DNA of 64,000 nt. Origin: Candidatus Latescibacterota bacterium. Lineage in GTDB: Bacteria; Latescibacterota; UBA2968; UBA8231. The stretch spans positions 5,056,001 to 5,120,000 of the forward strand of contig OZ253462.1 of NCBI GenBank assembly GCA_965261395.1, given 5' to 3'. Below, piece after piece: positions 30,314-39,967 of the stretch. Position 1 is the stretch's first letter; the number at the start of each line of letters is the position of its first letter. The translations under genes were made by a program, and so were the position numbers. The notes under the pieces were generated by a model. The model had not been told where the DNA came from. It searched no databases and was given only the letters and a program-made list of their open reading frames with translations.

Positions 30314-30856
30314 TTAGTTAGGCAGGTCCTCGGCGGGAATGTCTCGTAACTGCGGGTTATTTCGGTCTCGCGGTGAAAGGATCGGCACCCCCTCAATGCC
30401 CCAGTCCAACCCCACATCGGGATCATCCCAAGCCACGCCCCACTCGTCCGTGCCGTCGTAGTAGGCATCGACCAAGTAGAAAAGCAGCACGTCGGTGACA
30501 GCGTAAAAGCCATGCGCTACCCCCGCCGGAATAAAGACGCCCCGCAATACCTCTTGGTCTAACTCGATAACCTGCCCCTGCCCGCGAGTCGGCGAACTGC
30601 GGCGCAGATCGAGTAGCCCCACGCGTAGCGTGCCCATGCCGCAGTGCCAGTAGTCAACTTGGCGATGGTGATAGTGCAGGCCGCGCAGCACCCCCTGTTG
30701 CGACTCCGAGCGGCTCCACTGCACAGCGTCCCAGCCGCGCTGGGGAAACCACTCCTTGCGATACAGCTCGGTAAAGCGGCCCCGCTCGTCGCCGTGCGAC
30801 TGCAATTCGGCGATATAGACACCTTCAATGGCCGTAGAGGGGTGGATCTGGGCCAT
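30314..30856 (-). CDS. rfbC: dTDP-4-dehydrorhamnose 3,5-epimerase family protein
   Basis: DERGRFTE, GVLRGLH, DLRRSSPT, GVAHGF, WDDPDVGLDW, LSPRD. Confidence 0.88.
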   Translation of the reverse strand: MAQIHPSTAIEGVYIAELQSHGDERGRFTELYRKEWFPQRGWDAVQWSRSESQQGVLRGLHYHHRQVDYWHCGMGTLRVGLLDLRRSSPTRGQGQVIELDQEVLRGVFIPAGVAHGFYAVTDVLLFYLVDAYYDGTDEWGVAWDDPDVGLDWGIEGVPILSPRDRNNPQLRDIPAEDLPN

Positions 30857-30857
30857 C

Positions 30858-31481
30858 TCAAGCTGCCTTGCCACAGCATCTTTTGAATTTCTTACCGCTG
30901 CCGCAGGGACACGGGTCGTTGCGACCGACCTTGGGGGCTTCGCGGCGGAAGGTTTCTACCTTGCCGGGAAAGAGCCGACCGCCGTCTAGCATGGTGGCCG
31001 GTTTTTCGCCTTCTAGCGCGGGCCGCGGCGTCTGCAACCACTCCTCGTGCAATTCTTTCATTGCCTCGCTCATCTCCGCTTCACCCAACTCGCCATCGAA
31101 CCCGCGCTCTTGGCAAAAGGCGCTAAAATCGGCCAGCAAGGCCCCCCGTGGCGAGCGCAGCATTTCCTCGACTTGCTGCATGTCAACCCCGGGCGGCAGA
31201 GACTGCTGGAGTTGGTCCAAGTCCAACTCCTCCACCGCGGCAGGTTCTTCGTCGCCTGTATCCGCAGCGGGAGCAGGTGCCACCGCATTGGCGATTTCGG
31301 CCAGTACTTGGCCCATTTCACTGCGATCGGCCTCAGCCTCAGCCGGCAGCACTTGATCGACGATCCAATCTACCTCTTCGCCATCTGTCAACAGCTCGAC
31401 TATCTCTTCAGCCGAGAATTTCTCTACCCCCTTGGCTTGGCACAATGCCTCCAAGCGCGTGACCAACTCTTGCACGAGCAC
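30858..31481 (-). CDS. SEC-C motif-containing protein
   Basis: C-terminal [21 protein letters not shown]; acidic helical N-terminal part. Confidence 0.85.
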   Translation of the reverse strand: MLVQELVTRLEALCQAKGVEKFSAEEIVELLTDGEEVDWIVDQVLPAEAEADRSEMGQVLAEIANAVAPAPAADTGDEEPAAVEELDLDQLQQSLPPGVDMQQVEEMLRSPRGALLADFSAFCQERGFDGELGEAEMSEAMKELHEEWLQTPRPALEGEKPATMLDGGRLFPGKVETFRREAPKVGRNDPCPCGSGKKFKRCCGKAA

Positions 31482-31523
31482 ACTCCATTTTCATTGAGAA
31501 ACTAGGCGAATTTACCGGTGCGA

Positions 31524-31552
31524 AATCTACCGCTTGCCCCTGTACCTGTCAA
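31524..31552 (-). promoter_or_regulatory. Sigma-70-type promoter for the SEC-C/rfbC/PRTase unit
   Basis: TTGACA-N17-TAGATT on the minus strand. Confidence 0.6.
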
Positions 31553-31668
31553 AAGACGCGCCTCAGAAATCTGAGGATAATCAAATATCTGAGTGGTCCA
31601 TTCGGCTTTTTGTTGCCAAAAACCCCTAAAAACGGCGATAAGAGCCACATTTTCGCCTTAGTGAGGAA

Positions 31669-31684
31669 TGGCACGATTCTTGCT
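31669..31684 (+). promoter_or_regulatory. Sigma-54 (-24/-12) promoter upstream of the ECF sigma gene
   Basis: TGGCACGATTCTTGCT matches the TGGCAC-N5-TTGCW consensus; intergenic and co-oriented with the gene. Confidence 0.8.
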
Positions 31685-31766
31685 ATATACATCGTAGAGA
31701 TAATCGCTTGAGTTGCGTCGCCTTGCCCTCAGCGAGCGGCGCACCCCATCAGAAAGGATCGCAATC

Positions 31767-32375
31767 ATGGAAGCGATGAATGCACTCACGGATAGGGAAA
31801 TTTTGCTGCGGGCCACCGAAGACCAAGGCCATCTCGGCGTGCTGGTCAAACGCTACCGCACCCCCTTGTACAACTTCGTCTATCGCTTTGTCGGCGACCG
31901 AGAAACGGCCGAGGATATCGTCCAAGAGACTTTTCTCCGCTGCCTGCGCCACAGCCACCAGTATCCAGCCATCGAACAGGTTTCCACATGGCTCTACACC
32001 ATTGCAGGCAACCTAGCCAAGACCGAATTGCGCCGTCGCAAGCGCTGGAATTGGATTCCGATCAGTCCCAGCGACGACGAACAGCCCACCGCCTTTTACG
32101 AGCCGGAGGCCAAGGACCCACTCCCCGGCGAACAGACCGACGGCAACCGCGTCGAGTCCGTCGTCGTCCATGCCATCGAGGACCTGCCCACAGAATTTCG
32201 CGCCGCCGTGCTCCTCCGCGATTTGAAAGGGCTCTCGTACGAGGAAATCGCCAAGATCATCAACTGCCCCGTAGGCACGGTCAAGTCGCGCGTCAATCGA
32301 GGCCGCCTGCGGCTACAAAAGAGCCTGCGCGGACTGGCTGAAGAAGTTATTGGGTCGCTTGCCGCTCCGGCCTGA
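31767..32375 (+). CDS. ECF sigma-70 factor (RpoE-like)
   Basis: AEDIVQETF, STWLYTIAGN, LSYEEIA...GTVKSRVNRGR; ATG 31767 follows AAGGA. Confidence 0.93.
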   Translation: MEAMNALTDREILLRATEDQGHLGVLVKRYRTPLYNFVYRFVGDRETAEDIVQETFLRCLRHSHQYPAIEQVSTWLYTIAGNLAKTELRRRKRWNWIPISPSDDEQPTAFYEPEAKDPLPGEQTDGNRVESVVVHAIEDLPTEFRAAVLLRDLKGLSYEEIAKIINCPVGTVKSRVNRGRLRLQKSLRGLAEEVIGSLAAPA

Positions 32376-32463
32376 CCCTTTTGCCGGCTGACCGCAGCGG
32401 CGTTTTCATTGCCCAGCGACGTGCTCCTAATTATTTTCGTTCACCTCCCATTAGGAGCACTCC

Positions 32464-33519
32464 ATGACCATTGATGCCCAACGCCTCTACGGCTTTGTCG
32501 AGCAACTGCTCGCCGCGCACGCGCCCTCGGGCGCAGAATCCGCTATGGACGCCCTCGTCACCGAGCTCGCCGCTCCCATCGGCGACGCCGTTTGGCAGGA
32601 CGCGGCCGACAACATCATCATCCACATCAAGGGCCAAAGCCACGACCAACCCGTGGCAGCAGTCGCCCACAAGGACGAGATCGCCCTCATCGTCAAGCGC
32701 ATTGAAGCCGATGGCAAAATCAGGGTGCAGCCCTTAGGCGGCTTGCACCCTTGGGCACTAGGTGAAAGCCCGGTAGAGATCATGGCGCGGGACGGCCTCT
32801 GCCCAGGCGTGCTCTCCACCGGCGCTAAGCACGTCTCCACCGAGAGTCCGGCGGGGCGGCTCAAAGACGGCCAGCCTCTCAAGTGGGAACAGATGTGGAT
32901 CGAAACGAGGCTCGCGGCCGCAGAACTGACCCAGCGCGGCATTCGCGCTGGCACTCGGGTCGTCATCGCCGGCAAACACAAGACGCTCTGGCGTTTGGGC
33001 GATTGCGTCTGCGGCTACAACCTCGATTGCCGCGCCGGCTTGGCGGCCATGCTCGAAGTGGGCCTGCACTTGCGGGAGAACCGGCCAGCCCAAGACGTAT
33101 ATCTCGTGGCCAGCTCCAGCGAGGAAATCGGCGGTCACGGTGCGATCTACGCGCTCGGGCGGCTGCCGGTTGACGCGGCTGTTGCCGTTGACATCGCGCC
33201 CGCGGCCGCCGAGTACGGAACGGTAAACAGCGGCGACCCCATCATCGGCGTCCGGGATAGTCGCGGCCTGTACGATGCGCGCATAATCAACCGCTTGGAC
33301 ACCCTGGCCACCGCCTGCGGGTTCGGCATCCAAACGGCCGTCCTCACTTCGTACTCCAGCGACTCGTCGATTGCCAAAACGTCTGGTGCCATTGCGCGCG
33401 CTGCGTTGATTGGCTATCCGGGCGACAACACGCACGGGTACGAAATCTGCGCCTGGGACGGCATCGTCAACACAGCGCGGTTGCTCTTGGCTTATTTGGA
33501 AAATCCAGCGGTGAGTTAA
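32464..33519 (+). CDS. M42 family metallopeptidase
   Basis: APSGAE, AHKDEI, NLDCR, SEEIG, AVD, THG metal-ligand motifs. Confidence 0.85.
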   Translation: MTIDAQRLYGFVEQLLAAHAPSGAESAMDALVTELAAPIGDAVWQDAADNIIIHIKGQSHDQPVAAVAHKDEIALIVKRIEADGKIRVQPLGGLHPWALGESPVEIMARDGLCPGVLSTGAKHVSTESPAGRLKDGQPLKWEQMWIETRLAAAELTQRGIRAGTRVVIAGKHKTLWRLGDCVCGYNLDCRAGLAAMLEVGLHLRENRPAQDVYLVASSSEEIGGHGAIYALGRLPVDAAVAVDIAPAAAEYGTVNSGDPIIGVRDSRGLYDARIINRLDTLATACGFGIQTAVLTSYSSDSSIAKTSGAIARAALIGYPGDNTHGYEICAWDGIVNTARLLLAYLENPAVS

Positions 33520-34568
33520 AAAGCGCGCCGAACCAGAAAGTCCAGCATTTCTCCCAACATATCGCGCGCGGGGTTGGCCGGGAGTTTCTCTAGGTGCGCC
33601 AAGCTCTCTTCGACCTTTTGCTGGCACACGCCCTCGACATAGCGGTCGCATTCGTAGTGCTCGACCAAGGCGATGACTCGCTCGATTTCGGCGGCCGTAT
33701 TGCGCTGGCGCTCTTGGTGCAAGATCGCCAGCACTTCCTCGCGCTCCGCCGCCGTGCATTTGCCCAATAGGTCGATGATAATCAAGGTCCGCTTCCCTTC
33801 CGCGATATCCCCGCCCCGCTCCTTGCCGTAGGCTCCAGAAGTGACCCCGGGCGCAGAAGCAGCATCTTGTTCGGAAGAACTCAAGTTCAGTAGATCGTCG
33901 CGGAGTTGGAACGCGATGGCCATGGACTCGCCGAAGTCGCCGATACAAGTTCTCAACTCCATCTCGGTACCCGCGATAATCGCCCCGGCGGTACACGGCC
34001 CTCGGCCCGTGTACCACCCGGTCTTTTTGCGCAACATGGTCATAAACTCGTCCTCGCTGGGAATATAGCGCTGGCGAATCCAGCCCACGTCGTATGCCTG
34101 TCCCTCAAATGTCTCGCACGCGCCGCGGATCATCTCGTCCATCAAATCGAGCGCGACATCCGCCCCCAATAGTTCGCGGTTCGCACTGAGGATCTCAAAG
34201 ACCTTGGCGTACAGGGCATCGCCGACGTTGATGGTCAATGGGATCCCGTGCAGCTTGTGCAAACAGGGCTTGCCGCGCCGCATCTCCGAATCGTCTTCAA
34301 TATCGTCGTGGACCACGGCAAACGACTGGAACATCTCAAAGGCCACCGCAGTCCGCATGGCTTTCTTTGGATCGCCGCCGCAGACTTGGCAAGCCAGCAG
34401 CACCAACGCCGGGCGGAATCGCTTGCCGCCGCGCTCCGGGTAGTCGCGCATCAGCCGATATAGAAACTCCTCGGGTTCGCGCACGACGAGGAACGAGAAC
34501 ATCTCCTCTTCTATTTGCGGAATGTAGCGATGCAAAAACTGGCGCAAGCCTCGGGGTACCGCAGACAT
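33516..34568 (-). CDS. Polyprenyl (GGPP-type) diphosphate synthase
   Basis: GGKRFRP, FARM HDDIED..RRG, GQAYD, KT, AFQLRDD, DIAEGK; start moved to ATG 34568. Confidence 0.9.
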   Translation of the reverse strand: MSAVPRGLRQFLHRYIPQIEEEMFSFLVVREPEEFLYRLMRDYPERGGKRFRPALVLLACQVCGGDPKKAMRTAVAFEMFQSFAVVHDDIEDDSEMRRGKPCLHKLHGIPLTINVGDALYAKVFEILSANRELLGADVALDLMDEMIRGACETFEGQAYDVGWIRQRYIPSEDEFMTMLRKKTGWYTGRGPCTAGAIIAGTEMELRTCIGDFGESMAIAFQLRDDLLNLSSSEQDAASAPGVTSGAYGKERGGDIAEGKRTLIIIDLLGKCTAAEREEVLAILHQERQRNTAAEIERVIALVEHYECDRYVEGVCQQKVEESLAHLEKLPANPARDMLGEMLDFLVRRAF

Positions 34569-34602
34569 ATTTAACCTTTCGTTGCAAATAGTACGAGCAC
34601 AT

Positions 34603-35187
34603 CTACCATCTGGTGCGCCCCACTTGTACCTCGGGGTGCGAGACAATTAAATGCCATATGACGGCTTGGAAGGATTCCGTCAGCGGCGTGACCGCATCCG
34701 GGGCGACCGTCGGCACAATCGCGCAGGCATCGGCGACTTGGGCTGTAAAGCCGCCATCCCGCCCCACGATGCCGCAGATTTTGGCTCCGACCTCTTTGGC
34801 GTACTCCAGTGCTGCAACCAAGTTGACGCTCGTATTCAGCGGGCGATTGCCGCCGCCGACGGAAAGGACCAAGATCAGATCCTTTTCGTTTAAGCGGCTG
34901 CCCTCCAGCCAGTTGGCGAAGGCCGTATCCCAGCCCTCGTCGTTGATGCGCGCCGTCAGCTCCGAGACGTTGTCCGTGGGTGCGTAGGACTCAATACCAG
35001 CGATCTTGCGAAAGTCATTGACCGCGTGGCTCGCATTGCCCGCGCTGCCCCCCACGCCGAGGATAAAGAGCCGTCCCTCGCGCTGACGGGTCTCGACAAA
35101 GAGCCGCACCATCGCGTCGATCGCACTGCGATCTAGCTGCTCAATGACCTGAGCCGCTGCCGCCAAGTACTGTTGGGTATAACTCAT
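34603..35187 (-). CDS. gmhA: SIS-domain phosphoheptose isomerase (GmhA-like)
   Basis: GVGGSAGNASH, TARINDEGW, SVGGG, ESFQAVIWH. Confidence 0.75.
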   Translation of the reverse strand: MSYTQQYLAAAAQVIEQLDRSAIDAMVRLFVETRQREGRLFILGVGGSAGNASHAVNDFRKIAGIESYAPTDNVSELTARINDEGWDTAFANWLEGSRLNEKDLILVLSVGGGNRPLNTSVNLVAALEYAKEVGAKICGIVGRDGGFTAQVADACAIVPTVAPDAVTPLTESFQAVIWHLIVSHPEVQVGRTRW

Positions 35188-35196
35188 CCGCCGTGC

Positions 35197-35946
35197 TTAC
35201 AGGCTATAGCCGGCAGCCGTGGCATCCGCGTAAAAGATCTGCACCGTCTCTAGCGAGAACTGCCCCAACTCCTTGCCCAAGGTCGGCAGCTTTTTGATGA
35301 TGTCGCTGGTGCAGGTGATGATGTGGCAGCCGATGCTGTCGGCTTGGACGACATTGTACACCTCGCGGGGGCTGGCCCAGATGAGTTCGGCTTGGGGGTT
35401 GGGCGCGAGCAGTTCGACCGACTCGGCCATGACTGGCATGTAGTCTAGCCCAGCGTCGGCGATACGACCGGCAAAGACCGACACGCAGCACGGTGCCCCG
35501 CCCTCGACCGCGGCCGCTACTTCTCGCACTTGGTCGAGCAGAAAGATCGCCGTGACATTGACCTTGACTCCGTCTTGAGACAGCCGATGGACCAAGTCGT
35601 AGCTTACCTCGCCCTTAGTGTTGCTGACGGGGATCTTGGCATACACGTTTTCGCCCCAAGTGGCGATCTCGCGGGCTTGGCTCTCCATGTCGTCGAACTC
35701 GTCTGAAAAGACCTCAAAAGAAATGTGGCGATCTGGAATGGCTGCGACGATGTCGTGGGCAAAGGTTCGGTAGTCGGTGACGCCCGCTTGGCGCATCAAG
35801 GTGGGATTGGTCGTAAACCCAGAGACTAGTGGGTTGGCATAGCTCGCCAGCATGCTCTCGCGGTCGGCCCCGTCGGCAAAGACCTTAACCGCGAGGTCGG
35901 CGGCGGATTTTTCGTACGCGAGCACTTGGGAAGTGAGGGTGGTCAT
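35197..35946 (-). CDS. tal: Transaldolase (short TalC/FSA-type)
   Basis: FADGA, GFTTNPT, SFEV, Schiff-base YAKIP, NVTAIF, SVFAGRIAD, WASPRE. Confidence 0.88.
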   Translation of the reverse strand: MTTLTSQVLAYEKSAADLAVKVFADGADRESMLASYANPLVSGFTTNPTLMRQAGVTDYRTFAHDIVAAIPDRHISFEVFSDEFDDMESQAREIATWGENVYAKIPVSNTKGEVSYDLVHRLSQDGVKVNVTAIFLLDQVREVAAAVEGGAPCCVSVFAGRIADAGLDYMPVMAESVELLAPNPQAELIWASPREVYNVVQADSIGCHIITCTSDIIKKLPTLGKELGQFSLETVQIFYADATAAGYSL

Positions 35947-36050
35947 GGCATTGCTCCTTTAGATTACGCGATAGGCTTAAGTCTATTAATATTAAACACT
36001 AAATATAAAACTCGCTGCCGAAAAATAGCCGTGGGGCCCGCGGGGCGCGG

Positions 36051-36079
36051 TTGGCGTTGTAAAACGCGTATCGTATAAT
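36051..36079 (+). promoter_or_regulatory. Sigma-70-type promoter for the TolC gene
   Basis: TTGGCG-N17-TATAAT. Confidence 0.6.
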
Positions 36080-36130
36080 TACAAGCAACTGCTGTATCTC
36101 GCTCGCCATCCAATAAGAAGGGATTTTGCG

Positions 36131-37570
36131 ATGAAATACCAATGGGCACTGGTCGGTTTGCTGATTGCCACCACCTGCTCCACGGCCGAAGTCCTCTCGC
36201 TGCAAGAGTGCATCGACTTGGCCATGCAAAACAACTTGCAACACCAAATGGACCAACACACCCTAGCCAGCAACCGCACCCAACTGACGGCGGCGCGCGC
36301 GCCTTTTGGCTTCAACATGAACGCCAACGTCATCGCGCCCAGCTTCACCGGGCTGCGCGATATCCAAGAAAACATCGCCCTCGAAACCCGAGTTCGAGAA
36401 GAGAGTACCGATAGCTCTTACAGGGGCAACTTGCGCATGACCCAGCGCCTGCGCCACCTCGGTCAATTCACGCTGACCACTACGGCCCTGCGCCGCGACT
36501 TCTCGTCCAATCGCCGCGCCGACTTCCTCGACTATGACGGTTCGACGCTCCTCGCGTTTGAGCGCAACATACTCGGCCAGCCCAGCGAGGAGATCGCGCT
36601 CAAGCGGGCCGAGCACAGCCTGCAAAGCGCACGCCTCAACTTCGACCGCCAGCGGCTCCAGCTAGAGGGCCAAGTCATCGACGATTACTACGACTTGGTG
36701 CAGAGCGTCCGCGAGCTCGAAATAGAGGAACAGCGCCTAGCGCAGTCGCGCGCCAATTTGGAACTGGCCCAACGAAAATTTGAGGTCGGCCTCATCGCCG
36801 AAGTGGAAGCCCTGCGCCTACAGGTGGAGATGCTGCAGGCCGAAGCCACGTACGACCAAGCCCAAACCAATATCGAATCGAGTCGCGACATTCTCCGCGA
36901 AACCCTCGGACTCGATGTGTGGGCACCGCTCGAAATCGACACCGAGGTCCAGTACGAGATCCACCCCATCGACGCCCAACGCGCCCTTGAAATCGGCTTG
37001 GCGCGCCGCACCGACATGAAACGAGCCGAAATTTTCGAGGAAATCCGCGCGTTGGACCTAGAAGACACCCGCCGCCGCAACGGCATTAACGCAACCTTCG
37101 GTGCCAATGTCAGCATGCGGGGGCACGGCGATGAAATCGGCGCTGTCAGCGACAATTTCGAGCGCAATCGGTGGGGAGTTGACCTGCAGATAACCCTGCC
37201 GCTGATCGACAGCGGCCAGCGGCGCGCCAACGTCAGCCAAGCGCGCATTGCCTTGGAGCAAAGCCGCCTCACCCGCGAGCAGCAGCGCCGCCAAATCATC
37301 CAACAGATCCGCGACGCCACGCGCCGCGTCCACGAAGCCGAGCGCCAGATCGACCTGCGCCAAGCCACCCTCCAGTTCGCCCAGCGCACCTACGACGTCG
37401 AGCAGAGTCGCTTTGAACTCGGCTTAGCCGACAGCCAGCAATTGCTCCAGGCCCAAGGCAATTTGACGCAGGCCCAGATCAACGCTTTAGGCGCGGTCAT
37501 AGGCTACCAGCGCCAGCTCAAAAACGCACGGCTCGCCACCATGGCCGAACTCAAAGAGCTAGCGCCTTAG
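36131..37570 (+). CDS. TolC family outer-membrane efflux protein
   Basis: Signal peptide, LSLQECIDLAMQNN, two OEP repeats (RKFEVGL, SRFELGL). Confidence 0.9.
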   Translation: MKYQWALVGLLIATTCSTAEVLSLQECIDLAMQNNLQHQMDQHTLASNRTQLTAARAPFGFNMNANVIAPSFTGLRDIQENIALETRVREESTDSSYRGNLRMTQRLRHLGQFTLTTTALRRDFSSNRRADFLDYDGSTLLAFERNILGQPSEEIALKRAEHSLQSARLNFDRQRLQLEGQVIDDYYDLVQSVRELEIEEQRLAQSRANLELAQRKFEVGLIAEVEALRLQVEMLQAEATYDQAQTNIESSRDILRETLGLDVWAPLEIDTEVQYEIHPIDAQRALEIGLARRTDMKRAEIFEEIRALDLEDTRRRNGINATFGANVSMRGHGDEIGAVSDNFERNRWGVDLQITLPLIDSGQRRANVSQARIALEQSRLTREQQRRQIIQQIRDATRRVHEAERQIDLRQATLQFAQRTYDVEQSRFELGLADSQQLLQAQGNLTQAQINALGAVIGYQRQLKNARLATMAELKELAP

Positions 37571-37593
37571 CTTCCCAATCCCAATTCAAACAC

Positions 37594-37633
37594 AAAGGCG
37601 GCCTAAGTTTTTCAAAAAACTTAGGCCGCCTTT
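37594..37633. terminator. Bidirectional terminator between convergent tolC and dksA
   Basis: 19-bp arms AAAGGCGGCCTAAGTTTTT / AAAAACTTAGGCCGCCTTT. Confidence 0.8.
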
Positions 37634-37665
37634 AGTTAAGCTCGAATAACGCGCGGATTAAGCGC

Positions 37666-38154
37666 CTATTTATCGTCTTCTGAATCCATCAGCGGATGCG
37701 AGAATGCTTCTATGTCCTCGCCAAACATTCGCCGCGGGCGCAGCCGGGTATAGGATGGGATCTGATTCTGCTCTTCCGCCTCCTGACAAGACACGCACAG
37801 CCGCGCCGTAGGCAGGGCCTCCAAGCGCGGCTTGGGAATAAACGGGCAGGTCGGGCACATGTTTAAGGGCTTTTCGAGACAGGCTTCGCACTTGCCATAC
37901 GTTGTGCTGTCCAGCTTCTCGAGTGCCAGCATGACTTCCTCCAACTCGCGGCGCTCGGTATCCCCTAGGGCTACCAAAAGCTCCATGGCCCCGGCCTCGA
38001 CAGCTCGGTCGAGGTCGTCTGCCTTGGGATCTTGCAGTTCGTCAATCTCGTGCTCGGTGCCGTCCAGATCGCTGAGCAATTCAGCGCGGCGCACCAGGAG
38101 TATCTTCTTTATTCGCTCTCGATCTCGCTTATTGAGGGCCACCTTTTTGGCCAT
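37666..38154 (-). CDS. dksA: DksA/TraR C4 zinc-finger transcription factor
   Basis: Coiled coil with DDLDRA tip, TYGKCEAC, RLEALPTARLCVSC. Confidence 0.82.
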   Translation of the reverse strand: MAKKVALNKRDRERIKKILLVRRAELLSDLDGTEHEIDELQDPKADDLDRAVEAGAMELLVALGDTERRELEEVMLALEKLDSTTYGKCEACLEKPLNMCPTCPFIPKPRLEALPTARLCVSCQEAEEQNQIPSYTRLRPRRMFGEDIEAFSHPLMDSEDDK

Positions 38155-38200
38155 AGTTCCCTTCTCCTTTAACCGGCTCCCAAGCCAGTGGATTACCTGT

Positions 38201-39967
38201 TCAAATGCCCGCTGTCTGCAAGCGAAAAACCGCCGTCCCCAGCGGCCCTAACTCTGCGGCGAGCCGCCCTTTGGCCAGCGTTGGGACGGCCTGCCCGTGC
38301 AGCACTTCGGCCCGCCCCATAGGCGGCAAGCCTGCTAGGCGCAAATCGAGCCGTCGCGGCTCTTGGGCGACATTGACAGCAAATACGTAAAAATCGCGTT
38401 TGTATTCTTTGATCGCCACTTCTACCCCGTCACCAGCCGGTTGAACCTCCAAGCTGTACTCCTCCTGCAAGAGCACCGGCCCTAATTCGGTAAGCTCGGC
38501 CGCGAGGCGCTGCACTTCTTGCCACAAGGCCAGGGGCTGGATGTGGCGTTCGTTCTCCTGGCAATAGCGGTAAAACAACACTCCCTTAGCCCCTCCGACT
38601 AGCCCTTGGTAGATCATGTTCCGCAACTCGCCCGCCGTCGGCGAGCGCGCCCAGTGCTCCACGCCGCCAAAGGCCTGGGCGATCAACCAGACTGGCTTTC
38701 GCTCCAGCGAGGTCCAACGCGCCTGCTGCATATAGTCACCCACTTGGGTGATGGGGTAATTCGGAATCGGATAGACGTCGATGGCCAGAATATCGCTGGC
38801 GTCCGAGTATGCTGCGTATGTGCGCGACCGGTTATTGACTAAATAGACTGGATGATATGGATCGAGTTCCCGGATCAGCTCGTATATCGCCAAGGCAGAC
38901 GCAGGGGCCATCTTGGTCTCGGCTGGCTCGTCAACCAGATACCATGCCAAGAGCGCCGGATGCCGGCGATAGCGTTTGACGAGGGCGGCAATAGCCCGAT
39001 AATCCGGTTCGGGCTGCCGCCGGGCGTACTCGGTCAGTTCCAGAAGTATCTGCATCCCCTCTACGGCTGCCGCGTCCATGAGCGAGGCGACCTCTTCCCC
39101 GCGCAGCTTGTAGAAGTAATCTCCAGAATTGAAGTGCAGGCGCCGCATCGGGCCGAGGTCCTCGGCCCGCAGCCAGTATAGCCCAATGGGAAAGAACGGC
39201 TCGCCATCGACGAGCAAAGACTGGCTGAACAGGTCTATTTTCACCTCCCGTGCGGCCGGCGCTAACTTCTCGCAGGCCACGGCCAGCGAATCCGCACCGC
39301 CGACCGGGTCCAGCCACCGCGCTGCTAGCCAATAGCGCCCCTCGGGCAAGGCGTAAGCGGCAAAGGCCCCAGAGACCTCCTGCCCGACCATGTTTACATC
39401 CAAGCGATCCAAGACCTCGACGCCGCGCCGCAACTCGACCGTCACGGGGATGGCCATATCGCCGCGGCGATTGCGCCGCAGCCGGAAGCGAATCTCATCC
39501 TCTACGGTATAATACGAGAGATCGCCTGAAAGCTCCCAAGCAGGCCGAGCAAAGAGACGCAACTCTTCGACAACATGGATTGGTGTGCCGAGCTCCTGAT
39601 CGTACAGCCGCAAGGCCGCCCGGTGTATGCCGGCCTCTTCCAACCGATACGGCAGCTCATAGCGCACGAGACGCCCCTGTGGCACCTGCAACCGGTGCTC
39701 GACCTCGCGCTGCTCGCCCGCAGGGGTTTCCCACTCCAGCCGAGCTATTAGGAGGCGCGAACCAGAACCCGGCCTGAACAACTGCAGATCGAGCAGGTTA
39801 TCGCCTACTATGGGTAACTGTTCTTGGATAATCTGGACCGTCGGCACCTCGGGCGTCGTCTTGGGGGCCATTTGCCCGCAAGCACTTAACAGTGCGAACA
39901 GGGCAAAGTAAAAGGGCCGGGAGACAGCACCCCTCGGCCCACTCCTCGGCACCAATCGCCCTTTCAA
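38201..39967 (-). CDS. Lipoprotein with a glycoside-hydrolase-like TIM-barrel domain
   Basis: LLSAC lipobox; VDGEPFFPIGLY, HPALLAWYLVDEP, DPYHP, DVYP, WLIAQAF, GAKGVLFY. Confidence 0.65.
   Translation of the reverse strand: MKGRLVPRSGPRGAVSRPFYFALFALLSACGQMAPKTTPEVPTVQIIQEQLPIVGDNLLDLQLFRPGSGSRLLIARLEWETPAGEQREVEHRLQVPQGRLVRYELPYRLEEAGIHRAALRLYDQELGTPIHVVEELRLFARPAWELSGDLSYYTVEDEIRFRLRRNRRGDMAIPVTVELRRGVEVLDRLDVNMVGQEVSGAFAAYALPEGRYWLAARWLDPVGGADSLAVACEKLAPAAREVKIDLFSQSLLVDGEPFFPIGLYWLRAEDLGPMRRLHFNSGDYFYKLRGEEVASLMDAAAVEGMQILLELTEYARRQPEPDYRAIAALVKRYRRHPALLAWYLVDEPAETKMAPASALAIYELIRELDPYHPVYLVNNRSRTYAAYSDASDILAIDVYPIPNYPITQVGDYMQQARWTSLERKPVWLIAQAFGGVEHWARSPTAGELRNMIYQGLVGGAKGVLFYRYCQENERHIQPLALWQEVQRLAAELTELGPVLLQEEYSLEVQPAGDGVEVAIKEYKRDFYVFAVNVAQEPRRLDLRLAGLPPMGRAEVLHGQAVPTLAKGRLAAELGPLGTAVFRLQTAGI

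Noticed and set aside
32758-34017. 419-aa minus-strand ORF and many other overlapping Arg/Ala-rich ORFs
   Set aside because: Off-frame or antisense shadows of well-supported genes in GC-rich DNA, with no motifs.
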